NCBI GenBank assembly: GCA_964016885.1
Contig: OZ024754.1
Span: 39,308,001 to 39,372,000 of the forward strand
Direction of reading: 5' to 3'
Source: Eledone cirrhosa
Lineage: Eukaryota
Length of the DNA: 64,000 bases
Of the stretch, positions 10,993 to 24,850 are shown one piece after another. The notes beneath the pieces were generated by a model. The model saw nothing but the letters and a program-made list of their open reading frames with translations. It searched no databases and was not told the origin of the DNA. Each line of letters opens with the position of its first letter. The first letter of the stretch is position 1. A program made the translations under genes and the position numbers.

Positions 10993-11958
10993 GATGTACA
11001 TAATCTTTGTTACAGAAATCAAATCTATATACCACAAGTGTTTTAAGGTCATTTTCCCTGCTAAAGCAGGGGTTAGCCTTGAGGCCTCAAAATCATGAGA
11101 GGGCCCTTTTTGAGGCAATATTTTACAGTCAGGGGCTTGGGGCTAACCCCTTTAGTCCACTCATACGACAAAGATACAATGTGTCTATTCTAAACTAGAT
11201 ACACATAGTATAGAAAATGAAATCAATATATAAATTTAATAGGATTATAGTTAAACATAGTGTACATACTTGTGTATAAGGCACCAGTGGATAGAATTAC
11301 AGCCAAGCATATCTTATATACTTTTGTATAAGACACTCCAGTATAAAAGATTATAGTCAAGTATACCATATCTACTTTTGTATAAGACAATGAATATACG
11401 ATACATACTTGTGCATATGTGTATATACTGCATACTTGTATATATCATACACACTTGTGTATAAAACACACCAGTAGATAAGGCAAACTTTAATTTTATA
11501 TACATTTACAATGTACCCAAAATTTTGAATTAAGGCTTTGTAAGTCCCATGGACAAGACATGTAGCTTGCATGTTGTATTTTGATGGAAAACCAGGCAAG
11601 TCATACATGAATACATACAATATTCCATAAAATGGTTGACTATGTCTGAAACAAGACTAAGGATGGTATAATAAGGGTTTCTTATATAGGCACAAGGCCA
11701 GCAATTTTTGGGGGAGGTGGGAAAGTTCATTATATCGACCCCAGTGTGTAACTTTATATTATCACCTCCATGACGATGAAAGGCAAAGCTAATCTTGGCA
11801 GGATTTAAACTCAGAATGTAAAGGGCCGTGACTCTATCCCACAAAGTATAGTGTCCGATGCTCTACCGATACTACTACTACTACTACTACTAATAATAAT
11901 AATAATAATAAATTACAAAAAATATGTAAACATTGAAAAGAAGATATTTAACACTCAC

Positions 11959-12083
11959 CAAACTTTGTTGGAAAGATGGATTCTTCTAGAATATCCTTCT
12001 GGATAAATGACATAACATAATCGACATATTCTGGAGCTGTACACTTGAACTTCTTACCTTTCTCATCATGCCAAAAATATTGC
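11959..12083 (-). CDS. MOB2: MOB2 internal exon
   Basis: tttcag acceptor and gtgagt donor; 125 nt. Translates QYFWHDEKGKKFKCTAPEYVDYVMSFIQKDILEESIFPTKF, the MOB2 motif W.DE.GKK.KCTAP.YVD..FPTK. Confidence 0.95.
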
Positions 12084-12339
12084 CTGAAAGAGAAAGAAGA
12101 ACCCATATTGAAGTCACATGTAATTTATATTTACAAATATCTAAGAAGATTCATGTTAATAGTAGGGAGAGAGGGAACTGTGAGGCACAAAGGGATAAGC
12201 CTTACCATATTTCTAATGAAAGACACAGCCTATAGTTTTCAAATAATTTTGAAATTATCAAAAATTTGGAAGTATAATTAGTAATATAACTAACTTTCTC
12301 ATTAGTAACTTTTCATGACTGCATTTCTAATGAAACATA

Positions 12340-12508
12340 CCGTATTTCCCAGCACTGAAGACGCTTCGTCCTTGAGGACATACCCTAATTTTGACAACCA
12401 AATATTTGTAAAAAAAATAAGAAACAACCTTTGGCCTCCAGGACCCATGGTAGATTTTTGAGACTTATTTTAGGAAAAAAGTAGCTTCTTTGTCACTGGG
12501 AAATATGG
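12340..12508. mobile_element. Tc1/mariner (pogo/Tc2-like) MITE
   Basis: TA|CCGTATTTCCCAG...CTGGGAAATATGG|TA. Confidence 0.7.
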
Positions 12509-13139
12509 TACTCTATTTTAATTAATTAATGAAACGTTTTGAGGGATTTACTAAGATTATTAATTATTTCATTACTTAGATAGTAACTTGATGTAGGTTC
12601 TTATATGAAATTATGTTGGAAGATTTTAATGTAAATTGGAAACTTTTAAAATGGGTGGTTTTTATTTCATAGAACCAGAACTAGTTTTGGCTGGGTTGGT
12701 AACTAAAAGGTTAAAATACTATCATTATTTTCTTTTATGTTTTTATGGAAAATCATTATAAAGCACTTTTTATTGATTACAGAAAAAATATTTGATTTGA
12801 ACAGTACTTAAAAACATTTTAGATAGTCACAGAAATGTTTAATACCAAAAAGAAAGAAAGAAATATAAAAGCAATTCAAAATCTCTTAACGGTGACCGAT
12901 TAATTTAGAAAGACTAAAGTAGTTGATGCTGCTGTTATTGTTGTTGTTATTATTCCTATTGCTACTGTTGTTGTTGTTGTTAATATTTCATAATTTCTAT
13001 TAAATCATTTGACTAACTAGTAGAACTATTTTTAATATAACATTTAACGAAGTAGTTGACAGAACTAACAAAATATTGGTATTTAAGAAACAATAATGAC
13101 TGTACCAGCTTATATCTAGAGTGGTACAACCCTTGCTTG

Positions 13140-13474
13140 CAGTGATGATGATGATAGTGATAATGGTGATTGTGATGGTGATGGTGATGATGGTGACGGT
13201 GATAATGGTGGAGATGATGCTGGTGGTGGTGCTGGTGGTGATGATGGTAATGGTGATGGTGATAATGGTGGTGGTGATGATGGTGTTGGTGATGGTGATA
13301 ATGGTGGTGCTGGTGGTGACGATGATGGTGTTGGTGGTGATGGTGGTGATGATGGTGGTGACGATGATGGTGTTGGTGGTGATGATGGTGACGGTGATAA
13401 TGGTGGTGGTGATGCTGGTGGTGATGATAATGGTGAAGGCCATAGTGGTGGTGGTGATGATGGTTTTGGTGGTA

Positions 13475-13537
<63 letters not shown>

Positions 13538-13551
13538 ACGACGACGACGAT
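13140..13551. repeat. Compound trinucleotide repeat (GGT/GAT)n(GCC)n(GAC)n
   Basis: Seen directly in the sequence. Confidence 0.95.
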
Positions 13552-15539
13552 TTACTAAGTAGATTAAAATTATATTTTAAAAATCTGACAACGATGTTAT
13601 AAATGCCGTCTGCACAATAAACCATATTGAAGAGAAACTTACTTCTGAGAGAGAAAAAACATTGAAATGAATGGGAAGTATGAAGTGAAGCAGCTCTGGC
13701 ACCACGCCAACATTATGAACACAGGTAGTATTAATATTTATACCTGAGGCTAAAATTATCAGAGAACTTCTGCCAGACATAGAGAATCAATATATTGAGA
13801 AAATACTATGAATGTTTCAGAGCTACATAACTGGAATGGTAAGACGTCTGGAAGAACTGTTCAACATTTCAAAATAACTGTACTACTAACATTGATAAAA
13901 TATACTGCAATCATAGTCATAGTACCACTAATCAATTGTAAGACCATTGCATCATCATCATCGTCATCACCGTTTTACGTCCGTTCTTCCACGCTAGCAT
14001 GGGTTAGTCGGGTTGTCCTGTTGTGGGCAGTGTCCGGTCGGCTGACCTTGTCTTGCTCATACAGGAACTGATTCTGGCTTGATTTCTACAGCTGGATGCC
14101 CTTCCTAACACCAACCTCATTTACAGTGAGGTATAGGTATAGGTTAGTGTTTTAACTAATAGGGCTCATATAAAACAAGGCATCTAGAACATTCTTCCTC
14201 TTTGTCCACTGATTCCTGGGAGTATCACGGAGCCAGAGTCCTCAAACACTCCTTCCAGCAGGTCCTGTCAGGAGCAATCATCTCCAATTGATCTGACTAG
14301 CGACTAGATCCCGAAGTGAGACTTGCTGAGACATTCTAACCACATCTATAATATCGGAACTATGATCCCTCGATTCAGAGAAGTAGCAGACTCAAAAGGG
14401 ACATTACATCCTAAGGAAGAGGTACATTGGAATAAACATAAGATGGAGAGGTGAGTGATTTCCACTAGTTACAATGCTAATCTGCAATACAGTTGAAAAG
14501 CTGCTATTTATTACCAAATTACCAAGTTTTAGGAAAATATTAATCACAAAAATTGTTCTGCCACTTGCCATAGAAAAGAAGTTTGGAGGCCGCATGTTTG
14601 AAACCCGTGGTATAAAATGGTGATTATGATGATAAAATATACATCATCATCATTGGTTCATTACAGAACAAGTCAATTTTACTGATCTTGTACAATACAA
14701 CAAGAGTCTTCCTCATAGCTATAGCCAAAAGGAATTTTGATAAATCTGTTACACACCAATATCATTTTCACACACACGTACATACATACACATGCAAAGA
14801 TATAACTGTTTTTTTTTTATTTATTTAATTGATTCACTGTTAACTCTTTATTCTCTGATGGCTGCCACTGCCACCACTGTTTACCTCCCTTAATAACAAT
14901 AGCATATTTTGACACTAGTTCCCGAAGCTGAACAGTGAAAATTAATAATTATTTGACATGCCTGTACAAAAATTGCTCTAAGTTTATAAATAATAAAGAT
15001 AAAACCATGAAATTTTCAGAGAAGTTTCGAAACTAAATCATTTAAAAGATATTGCAAAAGAGTTCTTTATATTTACATTTTTTTAATTAAAAACAAACCC
15101 TTACAAAAAAATATTTATTTCCTTTTTCACCCTGTGCTGTCAAAACTATTTAAAAACACTCCCCCCTCACTGCAAAATATTTCTATCCTCTCTCACTCTC
15201 TGTTGTCAAAACCATTTAAAACGAGTTTTACATATTTGTGTTGAGAAAGATAGTCGTGTGTCAGTTAAACAGGTGTTAGGATTGAAAATGTCAGAGCAGT
15301 AAATATATCACAAATATGGATTAGAAAGAAATACATGTATTGTTTATCAAATAATTCTAAAGATTCACTTGAAATAGTCACAGATTAATGTCAATATTTT
15401 CTATAATCATGTATCGGCAAAAACATTTGTAAATATATAATTGGTCTTTAGATAATGTATGTGTGCATTTACATGTATGTATGTGTTTGTCTGAGTGCGG
15501 ATGTGCATGGCTGGGTGATTAGGGTGTATAATATGTGGG

Positions 15540-16345
15540 TACATCATATACCCAATATTATATGTAGCTACATTATATACCCAGTATTCTATGTAGCTAC
15601 ATTATATACCCAGTATTCTTTGTAGCTATATTATATACCCAGAATTATATGTGGGTACATTATATACCCAGTATTATATGTGGATACACTATATACCCAG
15701 TATTATATGTAGCTACATTATATACCCAGAATTATATGTGGGTACATTATATACCCAGTATTATATGTAGGTACATTATATACCCAGTATGTTAAGATAT
15801 TGTACTCAAAATAACATCAAAATCTTGTAGATTTGTATTATGTGAGATAATTATGTGAGATGATTGTAATGGTTCTAATGGACATTAGCTAATATAGAAA
15901 TGACCTTTAGTACCAGTGGACATTACCTAATATAGAAATGACCTTTATTACCAGTGGACATTACCTAATATAGAAATGACCTTTAATACCAGTGGACTTA
16001 ACTGGACATTACCTAATATAGAAATGACCTTTAGAACCAGCGGATTTAACTGGACATTACCTAATATAGAAATGACCTTTATTACCAGCGGATTTAACTG
16101 GACATTACCTAATATAGAAATGACCTTTATTACCAGTCGATTTAACTGGACATTACCTAATATAGAAATGACCTTTATTACCAGTCGATTTAACTGGTCA
16201 TAGCAATGACCGTTAGTACCAACAGATGTAACTGGACAATATCTAATATAATAATTACCTTTATTACCAGTGGACCTAGCTGGACATTACCTAACCCTAA
16301 CTGGACTTAGCCCAAAGACATTTATTACAAGTGGACCTTAACTGG
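15540..16345. repeat. 29-bp and 38/48-bp minisatellites
   Basis: tacattatatacccagtattatatgtagc units, then ggacattacctaatatagaaatgacctttattaccag units. Confidence 0.85.
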
Positions 16346-16891
16346 TATTTTATTTTATTGATTCTGGAAGGATAAAAGGCAAAGATGACCTTGGTAGGAT
16401 TTGAACGCTCTACTGATCTTAATATTATATATATAAAATGAACAACTAAAATACTATTATTTTCTAAATCAATAACACATATTAGAGTTGGTTTGTCGGA
16501 ATAATAGGAATGTTAAAATATAATTGTAAATAGCAGCAGCAGCTAAAATGTAATGAGGGGGAGGGGGGGGGGGGGAGATGAAGGAGGTAAAGAAGAGAAG
16601 AAGACAACAAAGAAGAAGACAACATGACAATAATATATATATATATATATATACATACAAATAAAGATTCAGCGAGAATCGCATTTCGGCGGGCAGGAAA
16701 AGCGAAGCGAAACGCAAAAATCAGAAATGATACTGGCAAAGTGCTCAATAGTTAAAAACCAGAGCTAAGTAATGTGTTAAGAAGCCATACAAAACTGAAA
16801 AGGTGGTCAAGAAGGCATTAACCACCCAAGCCAAAAACCAAATCAAGCTAAACAGGTCAAAACAAAATAAATGATAAAAAATAAATTATAA

Positions 16892-16935
<44 letters not shown>

Positions 16936-17023
16936 GTAAAAGGTGGTGAAGAAGACAAAGAAGGGGAGGAATAAGGCAATGAAGAAGGTGTAGAAGTCAA
17001 CATGACAGTGATATATATATATA

Positions 17024-17070
17024 CAGGGTGTCTCAAAAAATTGTGTATACATTTTTTGGGGAAAACCCTG
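17024..17070. mobile_element. Tiny mariner-like MITE
   Basis: TA|CAGGGT...ACCCTG|TA inside a (TA)n tract. Confidence 0.55.
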
Positions 17071-17176
17071 TATATATAATAAATCAATGTCATATATGTA
17101 TATATAAGAAGTCAATGTTATATAGTAAGAAGTCAGTTATATATATATATAGTAAGAGGTTAAATGTTCCACTTAC

Positions 17177-17273
17177 ACATTTCCAGGACCATTCATGAGA
17201 GGACAACCTTCCAGTGTACAATACTCTGATATTGCTCCATACATCAGGTTGACATGATTAAAAAATGAGATTA
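17177..17273 (-). CDS. MOB2: MOB2 internal exon
   Basis: ttgcag acceptor and gtaagt donor; 97 nt. Translates ISFFNHVNLMYGAISEYCTLEGCPLMNGPGN, carrying the two MOB Zn-ligand cysteines. Confidence 0.95.
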
Positions 17274-18209
17274 CTGCAATGGAGATAAAAATAAAAGAAA
17301 CATTAGTTAATCAAACTATCATCCTGATATTTTACAAGACTAAACTTAATAATTACAAATGCATGATAATTCAGATAAATGTCACTCAAATTCCCTCCTT
17401 TTCCTCTCGTTTATAGCATGTATAGTCCAATTCTACTTTCTTTTTCTATATGTTTGACTAAATATTAAATTCTCTTGAGAATGAATTTTAAATCTGAAAA
17501 TATTTGAGATCAATAAAATTGCTAAGGTAAAATTCTACTGTCCTCACTCTTTTCTCAGTCTTTTATTCTCTATAACTCCTATTACCTTGGCCCTTTTAAT
17601 TGTCAGGCTTCCAAATATTTAAACTTATTTCAATTTGTATTTCTTAATTTTATGTAATTTTATCCTAGAAATATACCTGAGTATTTTGAAATAAAATTGA
17701 ATAAAATGTAAAAAAAAAAGAAAAGAAAAAGAATTGTACAAAGTGACAGAGTACAGACTTCCCCTGGATAAGATGCCAGTCCATTGCAAGGTTAAAAACT
17801 CAGTTACTATTGACAATCATTTTCAGCTGAGTATACTGGTGCTATGTGAAATGAAGTGTTTTGTTCAAGAACATCACACAACCCAGATCAGGAATCAAAC
17901 CCACAACTTAAAGTTCAACATCCTAACCACTAAGCCACCGAAACCAAGTTATAGTCAAATATACAGCCAAGTTGTAGCCAGGCAGAGTGGAAAAGAGGCA
18001 CTTCCTCTACTTAAACAGGCATTAAAAGAGAAAAGAAGAGAAAGGCCACTTGTTGAGAAGTGCTGTCTATCAAAGAAAAGAGGATGATAAACTCAAAATA
18101 GTAAAAATAATGGTTTCTAGTATAGGCACAAGGTCAACAATTTTTGGTGGCAGGGGAAAATCAATTAAATCAACAGCCAGTATGTTACTGGTGCTTTATT
18201 TTATCTGTT

Positions 18210-19125
18210 TGATCAGAGTTGACTGGGGTTAAGCAACGACATCTTTACTGACAACAAGCTCAACCTATGTCTGTTAAATCAGAGTTGACTGGGGGTTAAA
18301 CCAACACCTTTACTAACGAGCTCAACTTTTGTCTGTTAAATCAGAGTTGACTGGGGTTAAACAACATCTTTACTGACAAGCTCAACCTATACCTATTTGA
18401 TCACAGAGTTGACTGGGGTTAAACAACATCTTTACTAACAAGCTCAACCTATGCCTGTTTGATCAGAGTTGACTGGGGTTAAACAACATCTTTACTGACA
18501 AGCTCAACCTACACCTATTTGATCACAGAGTTGACTGGGGTTAAACAACATCTTTACTGACAAGCTCAACCTATACCTATTTGATCACAGAGTTGACTGG
18601 GGTTAAACAACATCTTTACTGACAAGCTCAACCTATGCCTGTTTGATCAGAGTTGACTGGGGTTAAACAACATCTTTACTGACAAGCTCAACCTATACCT
18701 ATTTGATCACAGAGTTGACTGGGGTTAAATAACATCTTTACTAACAAGCTCAACCTATACCTATTTGATCACAGAGTTGACTGGGGTTAAACAACATCTT
18801 TACTGACAAGCTCAACCTATACCTATTTGATCAGATAGTTGACTGGGGTTAAACAACATCTTTACTGACAAGCTCAACCTATGCCTATTTGATCACATAG
18901 TTGACTGGGGTTAAACAACATCTTTACTAACAAGCTCAACCTATGCCTGTTTGATCAGAGTTGACTGGGGTTAAACAACATCATTACTGACAAGCTCAAC
19001 CTATGCCTATTTGATCACAGAGTTGACTGGGGTTAAACAACAATATCTTTACTGACAAGCTCAACCTATGCCTATTTGATCACAGAGTTGACTGGGGTTA
19101 AACAACAATATCTTTACCGACAAGC
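18210..19125. repeat. 59-64-bp minisatellite (~15 units)
   Basis: gatcagagttgactggggttaaacaacatctttactgacaagctcaacctatgcctgttt. Confidence 0.92.
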
Positions 19126-19406
19126 TTTACAGACACACACACACACACATAGGCACATACACAGACATACACACACAGATTGAGACACATACACACACTA
19201 TAACTAAATTATCTGTCCATCCAATGTAGCTAATCTTACTTTGCTAAACACACACATACAAACATACGATAACTAAATTATCTATACCAATGAATGTATC
19301 TGATATTAGTTAAAGATCTGCTAACTAAATTAATGAAAATACTCCTCTTCGGTATGCCTTAGTTCTTCTTCCTCCTATTGTCACATCACTTTTCTGTTTA
19401 CATTTG

Positions 19407-19990
19407 ACGTGGATTGGCAGAATCGGTAGAGTGTCGGACACTATGCTTAGCGGCATAGAGTTACGGCCTTTTACATTCTGAGTTCAAATCCCACCAAGGT
19501 TAGGTTTGTCTTTCATCCTTTAGGGGGTCGATAAGATGAAGTACCAGTAATGCACTGGGGTTGATTTAATCACCCCCCCCCCCCAAATTGTTGGCCTTGT
19601 GCCTATAGTAGAAATCATTAACTTTGCCTTTCATCCTTACGGAGTCGATAAAATAAAATACCAGTAATACACTGGGATAATTGCTGGCCTTGTGCCAAAA
19701 GCTGAAACAATTATTGTAAAATGTTGGTTAAAGAGCATCTTTTCTATCAGGAACTAAACATTTATGAACTTGTCCAGAAACAAATGAAATAAAGATATAT
19801 TTTATAGAAAGGTCTTTTGTATTAAGTTGATAAAATAAGTTCTAATTCAAAGAGTTACGGCCCTTGCCATTCTGAGTTCAAATCCCACCGAGGTTAACTT
19901 TGCCTTCCATCCTTACGGGGGTCGATAAAATAAAGTACCAGTAATACACTGGGTAATTGCTGGCCTTGTGCCAAAAGTAGAAACAATTAT
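19407..19990 (+). mobile_element. Cluster of SINE family A copies/fragments
   Basis: Three occurrences of the gcctttcatccttacgg..gtcgataa core with the ttgtgcc..aaa tail. Confidence 0.8.
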
Positions 19991-20227
19991 TATTATTTTA
20001 TGTAATTCACTATTTGAAGCTATTTCTCAGTTTATGCACTAATTAAATACAGAGTCGTTTGAATGCAAGATATTTATTTTTATAAAACAATGTTTATGTC
20101 AACCTCACTAAGGTCTTCAATATATCGTCTGGACAGAATGTTAAGATTTCAGTCCTTTGGCAGCGGATGTCAATACTTCACAGAAGTCATTATATAACCT
20201 CTTCACCTCTCCTCTTTACCCCACCAC

Positions 20228-21806
20228 CCCTGCCTGTTCTAGTAGTAAAGTACTTGGCTCAAACCCCACCCCTGTCCGTTCTAGTAAAGTACTTGACTCA
20301 ACCCTTTCGCCACCCCCTGCCCATTCTAGTAGTAAAGTATTTGTCCCAGTCCCCTCACCTCCCCCTGCCCATTCTAGTAGTAAAGTATTTGTCCCAGTCC
20401 CCTCACCTCCCCCTGCCCATTCTAGTAGTAAAGTATTTGGCTCAATCCCCTCCCCCTGCTCCTTCTAGTAGTGATGTATTTGGCTCAGTCCCCTCCCCCT
20501 GCTCCTTCTAGTAGTGATGTATTTGGCTCAGTCCCCTCACCTCCCCCTGCCTATTCTAGTAGTAAAGTATTTGGCTCAATCCCCTCCCCCTGCTCCTTCT
20601 AGTAGTGATGTATTTGGCTCAGTCCCCTCACCTCCCCCTGCCTATTCTAGTAGTAAAGTATTTGGCTCAGTCCCCTCCCCCTGCTCCCTCTAGTAGTGAT
20701 GTATTTGGCTCAGTCCCCTCACCTCCCCCTCTAGTAGTGATGTATTTGGCTCAGTCCCCTCACCTCCCCCTCTAGTAGTAAAGTATTTGGCTCAGTCCCC
20801 TCACCTCCCCCTCTAGTAGTAAAGTATTTGGCTCAGTCCCCTCACCTCCCCCTCTAGTAGTAAAGTATTTGGCTCAGTCCCCTCACCTCCCCCTCTAGTA
20901 GTGATGTATTTGGCTCAGTCCCCTCACCTCCCCCTCTAGTAGTGATGTATTTGGCTCAGTCCCCTCACCTCCCCCTCTAGTAGTAAAGTATTTGGCTCAG
21001 TCCCCTCACCTCCCCCTCTAGTAGTAAAGTATTTGGCTCAGTCCCCTCACCTCCCCCTTCTAGTAGTGATGTATTTGGCTCAGTCCCCTCACCTCCCCCT
21101 CTAGTAGTGATGTATTTGGCTCAGTCCCCTCACCTCCCCCTTCTAGTAGTGATGTATTTGGCTCAGTCCCCTCACCTCCCCCTCTAGTAGTGATGTATTT
21201 GGCTCAGTCCCCTCACCTCCCCCTTCTAGTAGTGATGTATTTGGCTCAGTCCCCTCACCTCCCCCTCTAGTAGTGATGTATTTGGCTCAGTCCCCTCACC
21301 TCCCCCTCTAGTAGTGATGTATTTGGCTCAGTCCCATCACCTCCCCCTGCCTATTCTAGTAGTAAAGTATTTGGCTCAGTCCCCTCCCCCTGCTCCCTCT
21401 AGTAGTGATGTATTTGGCTCAGTCCCCTCACCTCCCCCTGCCTATTCTAGTAGTAAAGTATTTGGCTCAGTCCCCTCACCTCCCCCTCTAGTAGTGATGT
21501 ATTTGGCTCAGTCCCCTCACCTCCCCCTCTAGTAGTGATGTATTTGGCTCAGTCCCCTCACCTCCCCCTCTAGTAGTAAAGTATTTGGCTCAGTCCCCTC
21601 ACCTCCCCCTCTAGTAGTGATGTATTTGGCTCAGTCCCCTCACCTCCCCCTCTAGTAGTGATGTATTTGGCTCAGTCCCCTCACCTCCCCCTTCTAGTAG
21701 TGATGTATTTGGCTCAGTCCCCTCACCTCCCCCTCTAGTAGTGATGTATTTGGCTCAGTCCCCTCACCTCCCCCTGCCTATTCTAGTAGTAAAGTATTTG
21801 GCTCAA
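20228..21806. repeat. 41-bp C-rich minisatellite with longer variants
   Basis: tagtagtgatgtatttggctcagtcccctcacctccccctc. Confidence 0.95.
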
Positions 21807-22100
21807 GGCTACAACAAGTTGCCAGTAACAAGAGCATCAGAGACTAAAATTCAACCAACTGGAATGCATTGCGCAGGTTATGATTATTTAAATATATTAT
21901 GAGATTAATGAAAAGATCATTTTAAATAAAAATCAGTCAGAAATCAAGTGTATAAAATGAAAATGTAATATCACAAAAATTGATTAGATACTGAGGAGGG
22001 CTTATCCCTCACCCCGCTTTGATAAAACTCTCCTGTAAAGCTATTAGAATAATATTATAAAGAAGGGTGCTTATTTATCTAATCCCTTTAGTTTAAAAGT

Positions 22101-22291
22101 AATTGTTTCTACTTTTGGCACAAGGCCAGCAATTACCCAGTGCATTACTGGTACTTTATTTTATCGACCCCCGAAAGGATGAAAGGCAAAGTTAACCTCG
22201 GCGGGATTTGAACTCAGAATGGCAAGGGCCGTAACTCTATGCGTCAAAGCATGGCGTCCGACCTCCTACCGATACTGCCAATCCACCGCCC
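22101..22291 (-). mobile_element. SINE family A, full length with ~20-bp TSD
   Basis: Flanked by ccctttagtttaaaagtaat at 22084-22103 and 22289-22308. Confidence 0.9.
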
Positions 22292-22794
22292 TTTAGTTTA
22301 AAAGTAATGAGTGCCAGTAATTAATACTAATTGCACAGTACACAAGTAAACCCTTAGTTTCAAAAAGGGGTCAATATTGAAAAGTCAACACAGTTTTTCA
22401 CTGAGAGAAAGAAAGAAGCTACTCATCAAATGAGACAAAGAAAACTATGTTTCCATTGGTCTTTCCATTGCAGAAACTATCTGTCAGTGACAACTGGTAG
22501 AAGAAAGAAGCTTCGTAGTATTTTAGGGTATTGGATAGAATGCTTTGTGGTATTCTCAGAGTTTGTTTTTATATTCTTTTAGAATAGGTACACTGTATCC
22601 CTCCCTGTCTCATAAGAGGCAACTAAGAAGAAAATCATCTAGTTGTAAAACATTGCCTCAAAAAATCCTCTCCAACCCATGCCAACATGGAAAAATGGAT
22701 GTAAAAATGATGAAGATATTTTTTTTACTGGTTTCAGTCACTCAACTACAACAATGCTGGGAAATAAAATGATAAAGTTTCATATAAAAGACAT

Positions 22795-23021
22795 TTAACC
22801 CTTTAGCATTCACATTACTCTATATATACTATTATATTTTCATGGTAAAGGCTTTACCTCACATAACTATCTCACATAATATCGAATCTATGAGATTTTG
22901 AAACTATTTATTTTGAGAAAAATACCTTAACATCAGTTTGAGCGACCAGTTACAGCCAGTTTCAACAGAAAAAGGTAGAGAATTCTGGCCGGTTTGAACA
23001 GTTTGAACATTAAAGGGTTAA
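22795..23021. mobile_element. piggyBac-like MITE (~220 bp)
   Basis: TTAA-CCCTTTAGCATT...TAAAGGG-TTAA. Related copies lie at about 23407, 25444, 25632, 28325, 31344, 38278, 41106, 50055 and 52510. Confidence 0.85.
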
Positions 23022-23049
23022 AAAACATTGAAAAAGTCAAAATATTTAC

Positions 23050-23216
23050 CGTGTGTAGCTAGCCATTCACAATAATCCAAACTAAATGGAATATCAACAA
23101 TTTTTTCAAAATCGGCTTGTATAATTCTTTCCTGGACACAAGTGTCTTGCAGATATTGTCGTTGTTCATCTTGGACAAGAGGGCTTGGAGAATCCTTGTC
23201 TTTCCGTCTCCCTTTC
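23050..23216 (-). CDS. MOB2: MOB2 internal exon (N-terminal region)
   Basis: tttcag acceptor and gtaaat donor; 167 nt. Translates KGRRKDKDSPSPLVQDEQRQYLQDTCVQERIIQADFEKIVDIPFSLDYCEWLATH, with the EWLA motif. Phases are consistent with the next exon. Confidence 0.93.
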
Positions 23217-23437
23217 CTGAAACAACAAACAAATACTTAGGTTAATCTCTTGTTGAGATATAATATGTAACAGTAACCTTACAAGTTAAATGACAACACC
23301 AACAGGAATAATTTCTAACACACAGACACAAAGATACACATTTCTGGAAGAAGACACAATTGATTATATTGGTTCCCAGTAGTTGACTGGTACTAAAGGT
23401 GTCAGATTAACCTTTTAGCATTTACATTAATCTATAT

Positions 23438-23727
23438 CAGGCATGGGCAACCTTTTTCGAGAAGCGGGCCACATGAGATATGGTTCATCATCAGGCAGGC
23501 CATAAGCACTAATTTACATTCGTGCCCACATTAAAAAAAAGGGCAGTAACTCTGCCTGTTTTGATTTAAGTCTTCAGAATTTGTACACATTTTCCTCGAG
23601 CTTATAAATGATAGAAAGATAAATTACGACTGAAAAGTTGGAGTAAAAAAAAATCAGAAAGATTTCACTTAGGTGACTTAGGCGAGCCATTCAGAAAGCT
23701 TCGCAGGCCACAGGTTGCCCATGATTA
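23438..23727. mobile_element. hAT (Charlie-like) MITE nested in a piggyBac-like MITE
   Basis: CAGGCATGGGCAAC...GTTGCCCATG with an imperfect 8-bp TSD (atctatat/ctctatat). Confidence 0.7.
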
Positions 23728-24292
23728 CTCTATATACTATTCTACTTTTGTGGTAAAGGCCTTACCTCACATAATATCAAATCTATGAGATGTTGATATA
23801 TATTTAGAGAACAATACCTTAACATCAGTATGAGTGGCTAGTTATGTGTAAGTCTTGGTCAGTACAGTATCTCTCCACTTATCGCGTTCCTTCGTCATCT
23901 CATCTGTGAAGTTCAGTGATTTGAAATCAGCCCTCACCATCTTAACCCAAGACTTCCTAGTGTGTATAAGTCCCAGGTTCAATTGGAGGTAACCACAGTT
24001 AATAAGGTACTCAATACATTAGGAGAGTATAAACATAGAGTTTAATATAGAAATGGCTTCTATAGGACTAAAACTGTTTTATTCAAAAGAAATCATCAGG
24101 GCTTTCCTGATGATTTTTTTTAATGAAACAGTTTTAGTCTTGTAGAAGCTATTTCTATATTAAACTTGATATCAGGCTCCTTATATTTAGGTTGCTTGAA
24201 TCTGAGTATATCCCTAGGGAATGATGCTTGTGAAGTACTCCTTTGAGTACTTCACTCTGATCTCTTTCAGTGATTTGTATAAGATACTCTCT

Positions 24293-24355
<63 letters not shown>

Positions 24356-24850
24356 AGTATATATATATTACATATATAATCATCATCATCATCATTTCTA
24401 TGTCCATGTTAGCATGGGTTAGATGAGACTTTATGAGGCAGCAAGAAGAGACTATAGGATTAATCTATGTAGAACTGCTTTGAAAGAAAGAGAGAGAGAG
24501 AGAGAGATTGTGTGAGCAAGTAAAGACCACAACACTTAAGAGCATTTAAAATGCCATTGGAAAAATAACTCATATTTTACAGGTCATATCATATATGTCA
24601 TGTAAATAGCAATTATTACTGTTATGGTATGTTATCTCTTCAAATAGGCTGCCACATAATATATTTCAAGAGACATCAATTAGTACTTTAAATATCTTTA
24701 CACAACACTTCTATGTGTATCTGCCTCAATATGTTTGTGTGTGATAACTTTATGTTGTTATAAGAATTAAGAACTATTATCCAAAGTTGGATTTCTATCA
24801 AACTTCTGGGAGAATAACGAACTCTCTATTATTTGGTTTCTAACTACAGT

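Noticed and set aside
13000-13625. Pro/Ser/Thr-rich or poly-Val ORFs (also at 32.8, 35.7, 36.4 and 44 kb)
   Set aside because: They are intronic trinucleotide repeats with no splice or homology support.
16660-16870. CpG-rich intronic segment as exon or ribozyme
   Set aside because: No compatible splice sites and no complete catalytic core. It is probably a TE remnant that I cannot classify.
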